Assembly: GCA_001642005.1 (NCBI GenBank)
Contig: LWCA01000152.1
Coordinates: 1-46,824 of the forward strand
Reading direction: 5' to 3'
DNA length: 46,824 bases
Source: Intoshia linei
Lineage: Eukaryota; Animalia; Orthonectida
Shown here one piece after another: positions 45,895-46,824 of the stretch; within the stretch, counting starts at the first letter, position 1; each line of letters begins with the position of its first letter. The notes below the pieces were generated by a model, which saw only the letters and a program-made list of their open reading frames with translations, made no database searches and was not told the origin of the DNA. Position numbers and translations under genes: made by a program.

Positions 45895-46824
45895 AGTTTA
45901 TTCTGAAAATAATTCGTCCTTCGATTAATAAAATGGGCGATATTGCGTTGAAAATTCCTGTTGTAAATATACAGAGTTTTACAATTATAAATAACTAAAT
46001 TTTTCATAAATATGTATTTACTGTATTACATGCTATATTTTCTTAGTTACTTTAACAACACTACAAACTCAATTTAAATTAAACTGAATACAAAGTGTTT
46101 GATCGAATCATCAAAAAAATCAAAACTCAAACATTTTTATTGAAATATTGAGTACATGGAAGAATTGCATATATTTTATCAACCTTTAACCACTTTATGG
46201 CACTTTTTACGTGAATGTATCCATCTCATGTTGTACATGGCTAAATGGTATATTATATTTTTAAATTACAGTTGTTTGTACGAGTCGACAATGTGGGTCG
46301 AAACGCATCGACCACATGATGTGTTGGGCAATATAATACAATCATAGATAAACATTGTTTATTTACAAATTTGGTTAGGTGATGTAGATGATAAATGTAT
46401 TTTACATACTTTAAATTTTCTTCTGTGTTTTGTCGAATAAATCACACTGATTGTAATGTTAGATATAAAGTATTGTTGTAATATAAGTTTTATATTTAAA
46501 ATATTTCAATTTTAAGATGATTTACAACCAATATCAACTAGTTTAATTTATTTAAACTTTACATAATTCTATGGATTATTACACCTCCCTGTCCAAATTA
46601 GCACCGCCCTCAAAACGTTTAGTATGTTTAATAGATTCTCTATTTTGTAATTGATAAATAGGTGACTGTTTATTGTTGGGAGTTAAAATAGGAGAAAAAT
46701 TTTTTGTAAAATAGGTAGATGACTTGTACATGAGCATCAAAATTTTGTTTAATTCTAAGGTTATTGGCAATTTTTTTGTTGTATGTGTTTTTTCAATACA
46801 GTACGACGATCAATATCACCTCTA

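Overview
Very AT-rich eukaryotic (animal) genomic DNA with many tiny introns (31-55 bp) and larger introns expanded by non-autonomous transposons. The six-frame ORF track mostly shows single exons, so genes were spliced by hand with phase checks. Six genes: the 5' end of MLH1 (- strand, runs off the left edge); a divergent profilin-like gene (+); an NR2E3/PNR-type nuclear receptor (+, 8 exons); two tandem anoctamin/TMEM16 paralogues (+, 21 and 20 exons); and an AASDHPPT-type 4'-phosphopantetheinyl transferase (-, 5 exons). Repeats: about 14 copies or fragments of a non-autonomous Helitron, many hAT (Buster/Charlie-type) MITEs with TA-centred 8-bp TSDs, piggyBac-, Tc2- and pogo-type elements, and a decayed DD37E (TRT-like) Tc1 transposon whose transposase contains an intron. 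Most notable: (1) both TMEM16 paralogues have a remodelled Ca2+ site (Asn ligands lost, Lys and Pro gained); (2) anoctamin B and AASDHPPT end tail-to-tail in a 14-bp AATAAA-TC-TTTATT element in which each stop codon sits inside a polyA hexamer; (3) the splice code is eroded (+5 G rare, TAG acceptors almost exclusive). The architecture suggests a compact-genome invertebrate, possibly an orthonectid-like parasite; this is inference only. All homology calls come from recalled motifs, not database searches.
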